Below, piece after piece: positions 29,150 to 39,752 of a stretch of 64,000 nt of DNA. Every line of letters starts with the position of its first letter. Within the stretch, counting starts at the first letter, position 1. The DNA is from a phage. The DNA is taken from sequence record PV808484.1; one strand, 5' to 3'. The notes beneath the pieces were generated by a model. That model was not told where the DNA came from and made no database searches. It saw only the letters and a list, made by a program, of their open reading frames with translations. The translations under genes and the position numbers were made by a program.

Positions 29150-30975
29150 AAGTGTTTCTCCCTTTCTAGTACCTCTTGCATTTTACCTTTATTATAAGGG
29201 CGAGAGTTAGGAGCAGAAAGGTATCCTGACACTCTTCTGATCACAGATATGGATTCTTCTTCATGATTTCCACAACTTGGACACTCGAAGCCTTTAGCTG
29301 TTGCCTTAAATTCACCATGAAAACCACATTTGAAACACTGATCTACAGGTTGGTTCACGCCAAAATAAGGAATTTTGTTGTAGGCATAATCTACAAGAGT
29401 TTCCAGTGCTTGCAAGTTATTTTTAAGGTTTGGTGTTTCTACATAACCTATGTTCCCACCATTACTAATTTGTGCAAAACCTTCCTCATAATCCCATTTT
29501 TGGAACGGGGTAGTGTGCATCCATACAGGTTGATGGAAAGAGTTTGTCAAGTAGTCACGATCAATAGAACCAGGATAGCGATCATTTAACGCTTTGGCAA
29601 ATTTATAGCACAAGGATTCTGCTGGTGTTCCATACAAACTAAAAGCTAAACCAGAACGTTCTTTAAATGTGCAACAGATATCCTTCATATATTGAAGGAT
29701 GTTTTTACCCATTGCTTTTGGATTGGTGTTATTTGGGTATAAAATCTCCATAGCTTCTGCTAAACCTACATAACCGATACTAATAGAGGCATAACCACCT
29801 TCAAATAATTTACCAATCTCTTCATTAGCTTCTAGTCGAGCTAAAGCCCCTTCCATAAACAATGTAGGGTTTTGAGATGCTTTGGTATGTCTGATACGGT
29901 TAACACGTAGCATATGTGCCTTATACGCCATCTCCATATGTTGTTCCAACAGTTCAGTAAATAAGATGCCCCTTTCACGGGACTCTGCTGCAATGATAGG
30001 TAAGTTTAAAGAAACTACGCCTAAGTTGAAACGACCATCATATTTTTCACCTTGCTCTGTTGCATAATATGACAAGAAACTACGGCAACCCATGCTTGTG
30101 ACGCGACCATCTGAAGATCCTGTAACTTCTTTGTTTAAAGGTACAGAGATAAAATCAGGATAGATGCGTTCAGCACAACACTCCATTGCCAGTTGCTTCA
30201 GATCATAATTTGGATCGCCAGCTTTCATGTTAACACCATCTTCCAAGAAGAAGATAACTTTAGGAAACACAGGAGTTACCCTATCTTTTCCTAACCCTTG
30301 TTTGTGCACCATTAGGTAGTTTTTAGTGATCATTCTACCAAAAGCAGAGGTATCCAAACCTAAACTAATTGTTATAAAAGGTGACTGACCATTTACACTC
30401 ATTAGGGTGTTCACCTGGTAGATTAAAGTTTGCATTGCATCATAGACCTGTTTATCTACCATACGCATAGCAATATCATAATCGCCAACATCGGCATATA
30501 TTTTGTTAAAACTTGCTTTAACGTATTGACTAAGCCCAGTATCAATATGTGCACAAGTTTGTCCACCATATTGGCTAGAAGCTACTGCTTGAATAATTTG
30601 AGTTAGGACAGTAGTTGCTACGCCAATAGATTTTGGTTTTTCAATATGTGCATTACCAATACGGAAACCGTTCTCAAGCATATCTTGGTAATTTACCAGG
30701 CAACAATTAGTTAGAGGTGAGAGTAAATAATCTAAATCGTGAATGTGACCATACCCACTTTTATGCCATTCTGCCAGATCTTCCGGTAAAATATGGGTCA
30801 TTGCCATGTGCTTGCTTAGGATACCTGCTAGTAAGTCTCGGTGAGTATTAACAATCATTGCAGGTTTGTTTGCATTTTCACGAGTAAATTCTTCGGATGT
30901 TTGTTCGAGGAATCCGATTACATCCTCATATAGTTTTTGGGTCATTAATCCTCCGTGGAAAATAAAAGCCAGCAT
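29146..30975 (-). CDS. nrdD: anaerobic ribonucleoside-triphosphate reductase
   Basis: 609 aa; C-terminal glycyl-radical motif RVSGYLS; GGAGG RBS. Confidence 0.85.
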   Translation of the reverse strand: MLAFIFHGGLMTQKLYEDVIGFLEQTSEEFTRENANKPAMIVNTHRDLLAGILSKHMAMTHILPEDLAEWHKSGYGHIHDLDYLLSPLTNCCLVNYQDMLENGFRIGNAHIEKPKSIGVATTVLTQIIQAVASSQYGGQTCAHIDTGLSQYVKASFNKIYADVGDYDIAMRMVDKQVYDAMQTLIYQVNTLMSVNGQSPFITISLGLDTSAFGRMITKNYLMVHKQGLGKDRVTPVFPKVIFFLEDGVNMKAGDPNYDLKQLAMECCAERIYPDFISVPLNKEVTGSSDGRVTSMGCRSFLSYYATEQGEKYDGRFNLGVVSLNLPIIAAESRERGILFTELLEQHMEMAYKAHMLRVNRIRHTKASQNPTLFMEGALARLEANEEIGKLFEGGYASISIGYVGLAEAMEILYPNNTNPKAMGKNILQYMKDICCTFKERSGLAFSLYGTPAESLCYKFAKALNDRYPGSIDRDYLTNSFHQPVWMHTTPFQKWDYEEGFAQISNGGNIGYVETPNLKNNLQALETLVDYAYNKIPYFGVNQPVDQCFKCGFHGEFKATAKGFECPSCGNHEEESISVIRRVSGYLSAPNSRPYNKGKMQEVLEREKHF

Positions 30976-30987
30976 TAAGCTGGCTTT
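30965..30987 (-). terminator. rho-independent terminator upstream of nrdD
   Basis: AAAGCCAGC / GCTGGCTTT stem followed by U-rich tract on minus strand. Confidence 0.55.
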
Positions 30988-31034
30988 AGGGTGGATCTTT
31001 ATTTTAAATCTTTTTCGTAAGATTGTCCTTGATC

Positions 31035-31985
31035 TTAGTCAAGGTTTTTGGTAATACGTGTGCAACCGTCAGAAGTCAAACCGTCAACTTGAGTTTCCCA
31101 AGTACCATGAATATTTCGGAACAATGTTGTTACACCTTTTGGTTCATTAATAATGATTGCCATAACAAGTTTAGGATCGATAACAGACATAATCTTTTCC
31201 TCAATACCCTCTGTAATAACATTATTGCGCACAATATTAATTGCATCTTCTTGTACAGTAAGAACACTTACGTTCTTAAGAGTATATACCTGCTGTGTAG
31301 TGTAAATGATACGAACATAACTTACAGAACGAGTAGGCACAGGTTTACGCGGTCGGCGAAAACGTGGTTTTGGTGAAGATTCAGTTTTACTTTCATCTTT
31401 TGAATAATACTCCTCAAACAGTTTAGTAAATGTTTTTACATCAACTACAAACCGATCTTTCCGATATGGAGAATTCTTATGTGCACCATTAATACCACTG
31501 TTTTCATCGAAGAAAGTAATGTTTTCTTCAGTTGAATACATTAGATAATGATCTGCATTGTTCCAATGTGGTTGTGGACAACGAGAATTACAAACGGAAA
31601 GCAGATAATTAATATTTTCTTTCGTGGCCTCAGTATCCAGGAAACACGTATTATGCACAGTCAGTTGTACTTTTTCAGCCATATCCTTTTCTTTATCCTC
31701 ATTGGTAAGATATTCAGTACGAAGAATTTCCAGAAAATTTTCAGGTGTTACTTCCATAAATGTATATTCAGGATGAAGTTCCATATATTCAAATCCACAA
31801 CCATCTAATTGCTGTAGAAAGTTAGGGTAGAAGAACAAATCATTAACACTGTGAATCAGATCATTGATTTCTGCTTCAGTTGTGTAACCAAAACTTTTGT
31901 GAATTGCCTCGTTAAGAATATGCAGGATACCCATCTCTTCTGCTGCTTTTTTAACTTCCAGTTTATTAGCGTAAAATGCAATCAT
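31035..31985 (-). CDS. hypothetical protein
   Basis: 316-aa ORF. Confidence 0.5.
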   Translation of the reverse strand: MIAFYANKLEVKKAAEEMGILHILNEAIHKSFGYTTEAEINDLIHSVNDLFFYPNFLQQLDGCGFEYMELHPEYTFMEVTPENFLEILRTEYLTNEDKEKDMAEKVQLTVHNTCFLDTEATKENINYLLSVCNSRCPQPHWNNADHYLMYSTEENITFFDENSGINGAHKNSPYRKDRFVVDVKTFTKLFEEYYSKDESKTESSPKPRFRRPRKPVPTRSVSYVRIIYTTQQVYTLKNVSVLTVQEDAINIVRNNVITEGIEEKIMSVIDPKLVMAIIINEPKGVTTLFRNIHGTWETQVDGLTSDGCTRITKNLD

Positions 31986-32002
31986 TATGTTCTCCTTCTA
32001 AA

Positions 32003-32437
32003 TTAGTTTAAAATTTCTTTTGCAATGGTAGAAGCAAGTTTTCCATCATATTGATTCGGATACTCTGCTTTAAGGTGTTTCATCATATCTGGCATTTTCT
32101 TGCCTGTCAAGGCAAATTCTTCGGCAATAGCTCGAAGATCATCTTCAGATAGCATTTCTGGTAAATATTTCTCCAGAGTGGTGATATCACGCATAGCTCG
32201 CTCACATTTGCTAAGGGAAGCATTAACTTTCTTAAGCGAGTCTAGTTCCTCTTTAGCGTGTGCAATACCAATCTTAACAATGTTAATCATAATATCGTCT
32301 TCTGATTTGTTTAGATTTGCCTTTTGAGTACGAGCAAGGTCAAACTCACCAATAATATTAGTTAACAAAGCAAAAGCACCCTTATCGGTTGTACGTGCTA
32401 AGATACGATCTGCTTTCATTTGTGTCACAATAGACAT
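32003..32437 (-). CDS. GatB/YqeY-domain protein
   Basis: 144 aa; LEKYLPEMLSEDDLRAIAEE...DGKLASTIAKEIL aligns with YqeY signature. Confidence 0.7.
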   Translation of the reverse strand: MSIVTQMKADRILARTTDKGAFALLTNIIGEFDLARTQKANLNKSEDDIMINIVKIGIAHAKEELDSLKKVNASLSKCERAMRDITTLEKYLPEMLSEDDLRAIAEEFALTGKKMPDMMKHLKAEYPNQYDGKLASTIAKEILN

Positions 32438-32449
32438 TCTATTCTCCTC

Positions 32450-33022
32450 TTATTTGCTAATGCTTTGAATGTTATTTACAACACGGTTTATTGCCAGTGA
32501 AGCCCTAGGCTCTGCAATACCTGTTGCATAGATATAAGGATGACCTTTTGGAGACTCCCTCATACCGAATGAACCTAATTCTAAACCATATTCATCCTCT
32601 ACGTCAACCCCAATATTAGTGGGTACTAAATATGTTTTAACTCCATAATAAGTAGAGAAGAAACAGCGCATAGCGTTAGCATACTCTTCAATTGTAGCAT
32701 CAGGGTAGAACTCAATCAACTCCAATTTCAAGAAAATATTAAAATGGGTATCATCTAAACTTTCTTCTGTACGGTAACATGGCGTTAGTGCCATATACGG
32801 ATTACCTGCTGCAAATTCAAAACCATCCTTCTCCATTTGCAGGAAAGATTGTTCTGCACTAGCTACATAGTATTTACCGTTAGGATGCCCTAATGGGCGA
32901 TCCTCTTTATTTTCTGGTAGTGTGTACGCCAGTATATCAGCATCCACGAGATATGGAACTTCTAACATTTGTGCAAATCGACCATAGTAATCAATAGCTT
33001 GAGCTATTACTGCAACATTCAT
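32450..33022 (-). CDS. hypothetical protein (possible class-II aaRS-like ligase fold)
   Basis: 190 aa; ATGIAEPRASL resembles class-II motif 3; weak. Confidence 0.45.
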   Translation of the reverse strand: MNVAVIAQAIDYYGRFAQMLEVPYLVDADILAYTLPENKEDRPLGHPNGKYYVASAEQSFLQMEKDGFEFAAGNPYMALTPCYRTEESLDDTHFNIFLKLELIEFYPDATIEEYANAMRCFFSTYYGVKTYLVPTNIGVDVEDEYGLELGSFGMRESPKGHPYIYATGIAEPRASLAINRVVNNIQSISK

Positions 33023-33270
33023 GATCGACCTCCATTGCGGAATGCACGTTTAGTAATGTTTGACATAGTGATCAAATCTTGAAGCGTCATATCAGGAAAA
33101 TGCTGTTCAAGAACACCTTCAACAGCGCCTACAATATCTGATAACTCAATAAGTTGCATCAGCTTGCAGTCTTGATCAATAGCATCTTGAAGTTCATAAA
33201 GCTCTTCTTGAATCTTAGCAACAGAACCATATTCCTCTTTGCTAATCTCCTTCAAATGATACCCTGCCAC
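33019..33270 (-). CDS. hypothetical protein
   Basis: 83-aa ORF, acidic helical. Confidence 0.45.
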   Translation of the reverse strand: MAGYHLKEISKEEYGSVAKIQEELYELQDAIDQDCKLMQLIELSDIVGAVEGVLEQHFPDMTLQDLITMSNITKRAFRNGGRS

Positions 33271-33280
33271 TTTAACCCCC

Positions 33281-35017
33281 TTAGTTTACCAGTTTATTTA
33301 TGTCTGGTAAAAGATTTATTTCACCTAAGAAATCACCTTCACCTTCCTCTAGCCAACTCTCATATGCTTGTGCATGATTATAGTTACCATCAAAAGAATC
33401 TGCAACAAATTTTTCTACAGTTTTTCGAGATGTGCCAGCGCCAAATACACCAAGTTTAATACCATTGATCGGTAAAGTGGTGCTTGTGGGTACTTTCTCT
33501 GTTGCAACACGGTTGATATCTATAATCTCCTGTACGGTTGTATTCCATTGTAAGCATTTAACACAACGGGTGTGCGCTACATACAGTAGGTTTCGCTCTG
33601 CCTCTTCCAGTCCTACCCATTCACCAGTCTTTTTATCATAATTGGAAGGAAAATCATTAGCAACAATAACCTGATCCCACTCCAAACCTTTAGATTTGTG
33701 TGCTGTAGTCAATGTGACTTTTGCTGTAGGAGAATTTCTATGCGTTCTAAGTGTATGTGCTATAGTGTTTGCCTTACCAGAAACTACAATGTTTAACAAA
33801 CGTTTAGCATCTGGATCAGCCTCTGCACACTCAACAAATTCATCCCAGTCTGCATAAGGTAATACAGTTTCATGTTTTACTTTCTCAATATCTCCTCTCC
33901 GAAGAGCATTAACACTATCTACCATAGAGATAAAATCCCTGGTATCTACGTTAATAATAATTTCTTCCCCGTCTGCAATACGATCCATTGCCTCCATAAG
34001 CAAGGTTAAATTCTTGCGAAAGATGATAGTGTAAGGCTTTGTATAGTCTACAACATCTGATTTGTAGCTACCTACTACAGTATCAAAGCCTTTACCAACC
34101 AAAGGATGACGCAAAGGTTCTTTATCACTTAAAATCATATTCGCAATGTTTGCCACTTTGGGGCCAAAACGGAAGCAAGCAGTTAATGGAAGTTCTGCCC
34201 CATATGTAGAAGTTTCCTTCATCATATTTTGGCTTCCACGGAACTGGTAGATGCTCTGATATTCGTCTCCCACCACTACTACTTGTTTTGCAGATTTAGC
34301 ATTCCGCAGAATAGACAAGAATGCAGGGTTAACATCCTGGAATTCATCCCCAAAAATAATGTCATAACCAAGATCAGCACCTGATAATTCAAACAATTTT
34401 ACATAGGTGTCATGCGTCATCAAAGTATCTGTGTTAGGATCAATGCGCTCTCGCCACAATTGTTTTGCATACTTAACTACTTCTGTAATTAGTTTGTGTT
34501 CGTTAATACCTTTTCTTTTAATATCTGCAAGATGTACACCAGGAAAATGTTTACGGCTGATAAAAGGATCATCCGAAAATTCAAACTTACCTACGGTTTG
34601 CTTGATCATTAAACCAATCATAGCACGAGTTAAAAGTGTTTTCCCTCGTTTATCAATAAGATTATTAATCTTAAATTTCTTTGCTATCTCGCTACCTGTA
34701 CCTGCAACGTTAACATACTGTCCTTCTGGTCGTGACAGTTTTGCACGTAAACGATGATCCAGGAATTGATAGCAAATGGAATGCAATGTACGGCATTCTA
34801 CATTTGGTGGCATCTTACGCCGTGCTTCTTCTGCCATGCTTTTATTGAAAGCTAAGTAAAGAATGCGATCTTCTGTACTGTTAGCCAGCAAATAAAGTGT
34901 TGACGTTTTGCCTGATCCAGATTTAGCCTGGATAGTTAAAAAGCGATGATCTGGAAAAGCCTCCTTAATAGCTGTTTGCTCTTCTGTTGGAGTAAAACTC
35001 AACTCTTTCTTAGCCAT
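33281..35017 (-). CDS. UvrD/Rep-type superfamily-1 DNA helicase
   Basis: Walker A AKSGSGKT; C-terminal TAHKSKGLEWDQVIV; start moved to ATG 35017 (AGAGAGG upstream). Confidence 0.7.
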   Translation of the reverse strand: MAKKELSFTPTEEQTAIKEAFPDHRFLTIQAKSGSGKTSTLYLLANSTEDRILYLAFNKSMAEEARRKMPPNVECRTLHSICYQFLDHRLRAKLSRPEGQYVNVAGTGSEIAKKFKINNLIDKRGKTLLTRAMIGLMIKQTVGKFEFSDDPFISRKHFPGVHLADIKRKGINEHKLITEVVKYAKQLWRERIDPNTDTLMTHDTYVKLFELSGADLGYDIIFGDEFQDVNPAFLSILRNAKSAKQVVVVGDEYQSIYQFRGSQNMMKETSTYGAELPLTACFRFGPKVANIANMILSDKEPLRHPLVGKGFDTVVGSYKSDVVDYTKPYTIIFRKNLTLLMEAMDRIADGEEIIINVDTRDFISMVDSVNALRRGDIEKVKHETVLPYADWDEFVECAEADPDAKRLLNIVVSGKANTIAHTLRTHRNSPTAKVTLTTAHKSKGLEWDQVIVANDFPSNYDKKTGEWVGLEEAERNLLYVAHTRCVKCLQWNTTVQEIIDINRVATEKVPTSTTLPINGIKLGVFGAGTSRKTVEKFVADSFDGNYNHAQAYESWLEEGEGDFLGEINLLPDINKLVN

Positions 35018-35018
35018 T

Positions 35019-35495
35019 TCAACCTCTCTTAATTTGTTTAACAAGCATAGGAACAAAATCTCGTTTTAAAATTTGTTCAATAATGTGATCAGGTAGCTGT
35101 TGGAAATTATAATTAAAAGCTACTGTTTCACCTTTAGGTGTTTCTACCCGCACATATAACATGTTGCGAAGTTTATCCACTTGTGCTGTATATTCTAAAC
35201 CACGTAATTGATGCATTGCAAACATCAAATCATCAGTTTCAGTTTGGAATCTATCCCTTGTCTGCATCAAGGATAAGGCAAAAGGTAGATTTTCCCTAAG
35301 AGCCACCTTCTTAGGCACTAGTGAAGGGAAATACTCCCCAATAACTTCCTGTGTAAGCTGAATACACTCTTTTTCAAGCTGGTTTTGTTCCTTGAGTTCA
35401 CAAACACTTTTTTGTAAAGTGTTAACCTCTTTTTGCAAAGCTGCTAGTTGAGCACTTAACTTTCTTTTTTGATTACGACCAAAACGTTTAGACAT
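35019..35495 (-). CDS. hypothetical protein
   Basis: 158-aa ORF. Confidence 0.5.
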   Translation of the reverse strand: MSKRFGRNQKRKLSAQLAALQKEVNTLQKSVCELKEQNQLEKECIQLTQEVIGEYFPSLVPKKVALRENLPFALSLMQTRDRFQTETDDLMFAMHQLRGLEYTAQVDKLRNMLYVRVETPKGETVAFNYNFQQLPDHIIEQILKRDFVPMLVKQIKRG

Positions 35496-35503
35496 ATTTC
35501 CCC

Positions 35504-36019
35504 CTAGTAAAACCCCTTAACAATTTGTATTAACTCGGCACAACGGTTGACCAACTTTTCCTCGCACAATACACGTTGTGGCATATGTTGTATAATATAC
35601 TCCATTTGCTCATGCCATGTCCACTTTTCTTTTTTGTCCGGGATAACATCACTAGCACGAGAATTATCTTTTAATGTTTGTATAATCCAATTGCTTGGAA
35701 AGTGCTCTCCACCTTTCTTAAATGGTTTATAGTGTCCTAGAGTGAATTGAGAATCCCCTGTTAGAGCACCCAATTTATTTAGATGGATAATCAAACTACG
35801 AAACACGTAGTATTCATAGATGTTATCCACCGTATAGCAAGCATAATATTTCAAGATGCCCTTATCTCGCGGATACTTACCAACATCCAGATTACACCAG
35901 TTGACATTTTCTGGATCATAGTGGTGTTCCTTAAGCCATATTTCTCTTTCATCAAAGTCTGGATATATTACCGCCCTGCTTACAGAGTCAACAAGTGGAG
36001 ATTGAGCATCAAAAAACAT
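35504..36019 (-). CDS. hypothetical protein
   Basis: 171-aa ORF. Confidence 0.5.
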   Translation of the reverse strand: MFFDAQSPLVDSVSRAVIYPDFDEREIWLKEHHYDPENVNWCNLDVGKYPRDKGILKYYACYTVDNIYEYYVFRSLIIHLNKLGALTGDSQFTLGHYKPFKKGGEHFPSNWIIQTLKDNSRASDVIPDKKEKWTWHEQMEYIIQHMPQRVLCEEKLVNRCAELIQIVKGFY

Positions 36020-36040
36020 TATATTTTCCTTATTGGTTTG

Positions 36041-36406
36041 TTAAACGTTTTCTAAATCTTTTAAGGCATTACCCAACGTTAGAACAATAACATCGTTTGC
36101 TGCCTCTTCCCCATTGATATTGGTGAAATTTGGTGTGACAAAAGTAACCATATAAAACTCGTCCACCTGGAAGATAGCAATAACACCATCCATCTTAACA
36201 TCTTGACGAAAGGAAAAACCAATCATCTTCTCTTGCAAAGGCATATCCCCTTCCTTCATTACCGCCAGGGAGTTTTCAGGAATGTTATATTTATCTGCTC
36301 CGATGTAGATGTACGTAATGTTATCTTTATCGTGATGATACAGGGTTGCTTTTTCCATGTCTAAACCTGACAGATCAAATACGTTAATTTCTTGTGTAGT
36401 CTTCAT
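36041..36406 (-). CDS. hypothetical protein
   Basis: start moved to ATG 36406 (MKTTQEINV). Confidence 0.45.
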   Translation of the reverse strand: MKTTQEINVFDLSGLDMEKATLYHHDKDNITYIYIGADKYNIPENSLAVMKEGDMPLQEKMIGFSFRQDVKMDGVIAIFQVDEFYMVTFVTPNFTNINGEEAANDVIVLTLGNALKDLENV

Positions 36407-36770
36407 AAATATCCTCCCAAATCCAATAATCATCTGTGTAAGTAGGATGCCTTTTATCCCACTCTGTTCTAGCCCAAGCAACCGCTGCTACCAACACATC
36501 ACCATGACAAGGTTGAGGTGAGCAGAAGCAAACTAAGTCTTTCCCTTCTAATTCTAACAAATCCTCAAGAGTGATTTTACCACAACGAATTTGTTCCCAC
36601 AACCACTCTTTATATCTTTGTATAGTTGATCCTCGTGGTTCATCATCCTTTAACTTGAAAGGATTTGCAAACTTTGAGGCTTTTAACCCCATATGAGGCA
36701 TAGCTCTGCCAATGTACACTGCACCTTCAGGTATTACTTTACCTGAGTGGTAAAAATTTAATACTTTCAT
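36384..36770 (-). CDS. DUF4326-like protein
   Basis: 128 aa; KASKFANPF and CFCSPQPCHGDVL motifs. Confidence 0.5.
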   Translation of the reverse strand: MKVLNFYHSGKVIPEGAVYIGRAMPHMGLKASKFANPFKLKDDEPRGSTIQRYKEWLWEQIRCGKITLEDLLELEGKDLVCFCSPQPCHGDVLVAAVAWARTEWDKRHPTYTDDYWIWEDIYEDYTRN

Positions 36771-36771
36771 A

Positions 36772-37122
36772 TTAACCCAAACACATCTGCGCGATCAAGC
36801 CTTGTATAAATTTATTAGCTTCTTTACTGTCGTAGTCAGTCTCTTCTGGATATCCATCTTCATCGTACACAACTGTACCTTCAATATACCCTGCCTCAAT
36901 TAAGGCGCGGATCATATCAAATTGCCAGCATGAGTTACCAAATGGACGTTTACCATTAAAACACTCTTCTTCTCTCCATAACGTAGAGAGTAGTTGTCGG
37001 AAATATTCCCGTACAGTGACAGTACCAAGATCTGAATCCTCAAACATAACATCCAGGGCATCAGGATTGCTTTTCTCTACATAAGGAATATATTTAACAC
37101 CATTAATAGTTACATCAAGCAT
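36772..37122 (-). CDS. hypothetical protein
   Basis: 116-aa ORF. Confidence 0.5.
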   Translation of the reverse strand: MLDVTINGVKYIPYVEKSNPDALDVMFEDSDLGTVTVREYFRQLLSTLWREEECFNGKRPFGNSCWQFDMIRALIEAGYIEGTVVYDEDGYPEETDYDSKEANKFIQGLIAQMCLG

Positions 37123-37494
37123 TTATTTCTCCTTATCATCATATTCTAGGAACATATCTGCACGATATGCTTTACGCTCTTCAAACTTAGCAGGATCTAC
37201 AACAATAAGCAATACAAGGTTAACATCTAAATACTTTTTAACAAATAGAAATAAATCTTTTCCACAGTTAAAACCTACACCAGTATAGGCATCCCCATAT
37301 TGATCTACTGATTTAATCTTCTTACTAACCGTACATTCTATGCTATTCTTTTCTTCTTGGTATAAGGCTTTCCCACCCCAATATGTAAAGAATTTAGTAC
37401 CGTCAGCACCAAGTTTAAAACCCTCTGTTGCATGTCCCGCAAATGAAAGTAAGCATAACCAAGTGATCATCAGGTACTTTAGCATTTTAACCAC
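37123..37494 (-). CDS. secreted hypothetical protein
   Basis: 123 aa; signal peptide MVKMLKYLMITWLCLLSFAGHA. Confidence 0.5.
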   Translation of the reverse strand: MVKMLKYLMITWLCLLSFAGHATEGFKLGADGTKFFTYWGGKALYQEEKNSIECTVSKKIKSVDQYGDAYTGVGFNCGKDLFLFVKKYLDVNLVLLIVVDPAKFEERKAYRADMFLEYDDKEK

Positions 37495-37969
37495 CTAATT
37501 GCAAATGTTTAGAAAGAACAATATCCCACTGATCACCACAACCGTTATCTATGCGGAACATAATGTACGTATCATCTTCTTCTACGACATATAATACCTC
37601 ATAGGAATTACAACAGCCTTCCCAATTTTTAACAGCCTCTGGTGTATCATGTGTAAAAATTTCATTACCATCATATGACCAAAACAAAGGAGTAAGGTTT
37701 TCGAACGTCAGTGAAGTAGGGTTCACTTCGTCTTTAACTGCTTCCTCATATTCCTTATGCGTTTGTACTGCTTTAGTTAGTGTACTCATGTCTATCTCCT
37801 TTTCTCCTTCTTGACTATGGAGGATAGCGAACTCTCTAAACTCCACCTCACGCCATGTTTTCAGGTAGTGCTTTATAATTTGATCAACATCTGCCTGTTC
37901 AACGTTACTTTTCAAGCAATAGTAGTCATGGTCTTCACCCATTCTACCCCATATGCTATACATTGTCAT
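37487..37969 (-). CDS. hypothetical protein
   Basis: 160-aa ORF. Confidence 0.5.
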   Translation of the reverse strand: MTMYSIWGRMGEDHDYYCLKSNVEQADVDQIIKHYLKTWREVEFREFAILHSQEGEKEIDMSTLTKAVQTHKEYEEAVKDEVNPTSLTFENLTPLFWSYDGNEIFTHDTPEAVKNWEGCCNSYEVLYVVEEDDTYIMFRIDNGCGDQWDIVLSKHLQLGG

Positions 37970-38237
37970 CTGATTGATCCTTCACATTGTTCTTGGCATA
38001 CACAGGAATAACATCATGGTGATCTTTATTACTTTCGTCTGTTAAAGCCCAAAACAACTTACCTGCCGGATGTTTAAAGATGTAAGCAATAGGTTCCTCT
38101 TCCTGTGCTTCTTTGCTACGGATGCCATCCCGCCAGGCAAGCCAAGTGTAGATCATCATCTCTTGACGTTCTTCTTCATTAGGCCACAGATGGGGTAGAA
38201 AGTTTTTATCAAACCATTGCTTAAACTCTTCAGTCAT
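37956..38237 (-). CDS. hypothetical protein
   Basis: 93 aa; AAGGAG upstream. Confidence 0.45.
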   Translation of the reverse strand: MTEEFKQWFDKNFLPHLWPNEEERQEMMIYTWLAWRDGIRSKEAQEEEPIAYIFKHPAGKLFWALTDESNKDHHDVIPVYAKNNVKDQSDDNV

Positions 38238-38247
38238 AGTCTACTCC

Positions 38248-38412
38248 TTAGCGTACAAAGTTAACTTCTGCTTCTTTCAGCTTTGACACTTCTACATAAC
38301 CACCATGATCATCTTTAATCCATTCTTTTCCTTTACGGATGATAACAGGATATGTAGAGTGAGTAAGTTTAGGTACAGATCTTTTTGTTTTAGTGATAGA
38401 AATGTTTTGCAT
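38248..38412 (-). CDS. small hypothetical protein (54 aa)
   Basis: not in ORF track; ATG 38412 with AAGGAG 6 nt upstream. Confidence 0.4.
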   Translation of the reverse strand: MQNISITKTKRSVPKLTHSTYPVIIRKGKEWIKDDHGGYVEVSKLKEAEVNFVR

Positions 38413-38472
38413 AGTAATCTCCTTAGTAAATTTTACATAGAGTCTAGATTATTTAGTAGGTAGAGTCAATAA

Positions 38473-38739
38473 CTAATTACTGTTAGATCTGTACTCTGTC
38501 TTCCATTCACAATGGTAAACTTCAACAGGTTCTAACTTCCAGTGTTCAGGAACTAGTTCAGGACAATATCTACAAAAGAGAAATAGATAGATAACTAAGA
38601 CAGGTATTAAATAGTAAAATGGTATACGATCATAACCATACTTACGAGATAACATGTAGACATATAGATAGGGTATAACAATTAATCCTATAACTATAAG
38701 TAAGAAGAGAAGTATAAACCTTAGTGTAGTAACATCCAT
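38473..38739 (-). CDS. small membrane protein
   Basis: 88 aa, hydrophobic N-terminal half. Confidence 0.45.
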   Translation of the reverse strand: MDVTTLRFILLFLLIVIGLIVIPYLYVYMLSRKYGYDRIPFYYLIPVLVIYLFLFCRYCPELVPEHWKLEPVEVYHCEWKTEYRSNSN

Positions 38740-38904
38740 AGTATTCTCCTATACAGTAATATACTCTGTTCCTGCCCCTCCATGAGTGACAGGAACAATA
38801 TCTATAGAGAATACTAACTCGCTTCGCTCGTCACCTTTCAGGTTTAGGGTAGCATGTTTTTCTGAAAAAGTCAATACTCTCCACAAAACTTTACAAAATA
38901 CTTT

Positions 38905-39177
38905 TTACATAGGTACAACAGAGTCTGTTTTGAAGTCGTACATATGATTTACACCTGTGATTTTTGACATAGAGATCGCACGTTTAGCACCTGCAATTAC
39001 CTGGTCTGTCTTCTTAATCTCTTCACGGAACTTACGCACAGTTAGAGAGAAGAAACGATGATCCATCCATTGACGATTCACACGATCACGCTTGAAGTGA
39101 CGGAAATCTTCAATCTGTTTATTGCGCAATCGGCGCAGTACATGCAATAATTTATAGTAAGGGTGTTTATTTTTCAT
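38905..39177 (-). CDS. hypothetical basic protein
   Basis: 90-aa ORF. Confidence 0.45.
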   Translation of the reverse strand: MKNKHPYYKLLHVLRRLRNKQIEDFRHFKRDRVNRQWMDHRFFSLTVRKFREEIKKTDQVIAGAKRAISMSKITGVNHMYDFKTDSVVPM

Positions 39178-39180
39178 AAT

Positions 39181-39609
39181 TTATTCTCCAAATCGAAAAT
39201 CGTCAATATCATCAAACCATACACAATGGCGAGTCCTTTCTTTTTCTGTTGCAGACATTGTTTCAACAGCTTTAGGACTAAGCACAACAGGAATGTAACG
39301 AACAGGTCGTTCATAGTAGTAGCCATACTTTTCTGTATTAGCTGCCTCAAAGACTTTACGGCGTTCTTCAAGATCTTCTATGGTGAATCCTACCATATAA
39401 CCATCATGTTTGCTACCCCATCCTTCCTCACTTTCAACAATCGGGATATAAAAGCCGTTACGCGTCCCTGACGCTGGTTTTTCTTGAGCCTGAAGGCAAG
39501 CCTCCCATCCTGCTTTAAAGACGTTATAGAGCGATTTACGCACGTTATGAGTGCCGCTTTCGCTTGCTGGATAGAGTTCATTAAATTTATCTTGGATTTG
39601 TTGTGTCAT
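39181..39609 (-). CDS. hypothetical protein
   Basis: 142-aa ORF. Confidence 0.5.
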   Translation of the reverse strand: MTQQIQDKFNELYPASESGTHNVRKSLYNVFKAGWEACLQAQEKPASGTRNGFYIPIVESEEGWGSKHDGYMVGFTIEDLEERRKVFEAANTEKYGYYYERPVRYIPVVLSPKAVETMSATEKERTRHCVWFDDIDDFRFGE

Positions 39610-39752
39610 ACTCGCCCCTTAGTGATTATTTGACCAGCTAAACAAATAGCTTGTAGTACAATAAAGAAGTAGCCTAATTTTACACTACCCAATACCCAGA
39701 ATGCAATGTTTGCAAACAAACAAAAAGCAATATTAAGTCTAAAGAATAACAT

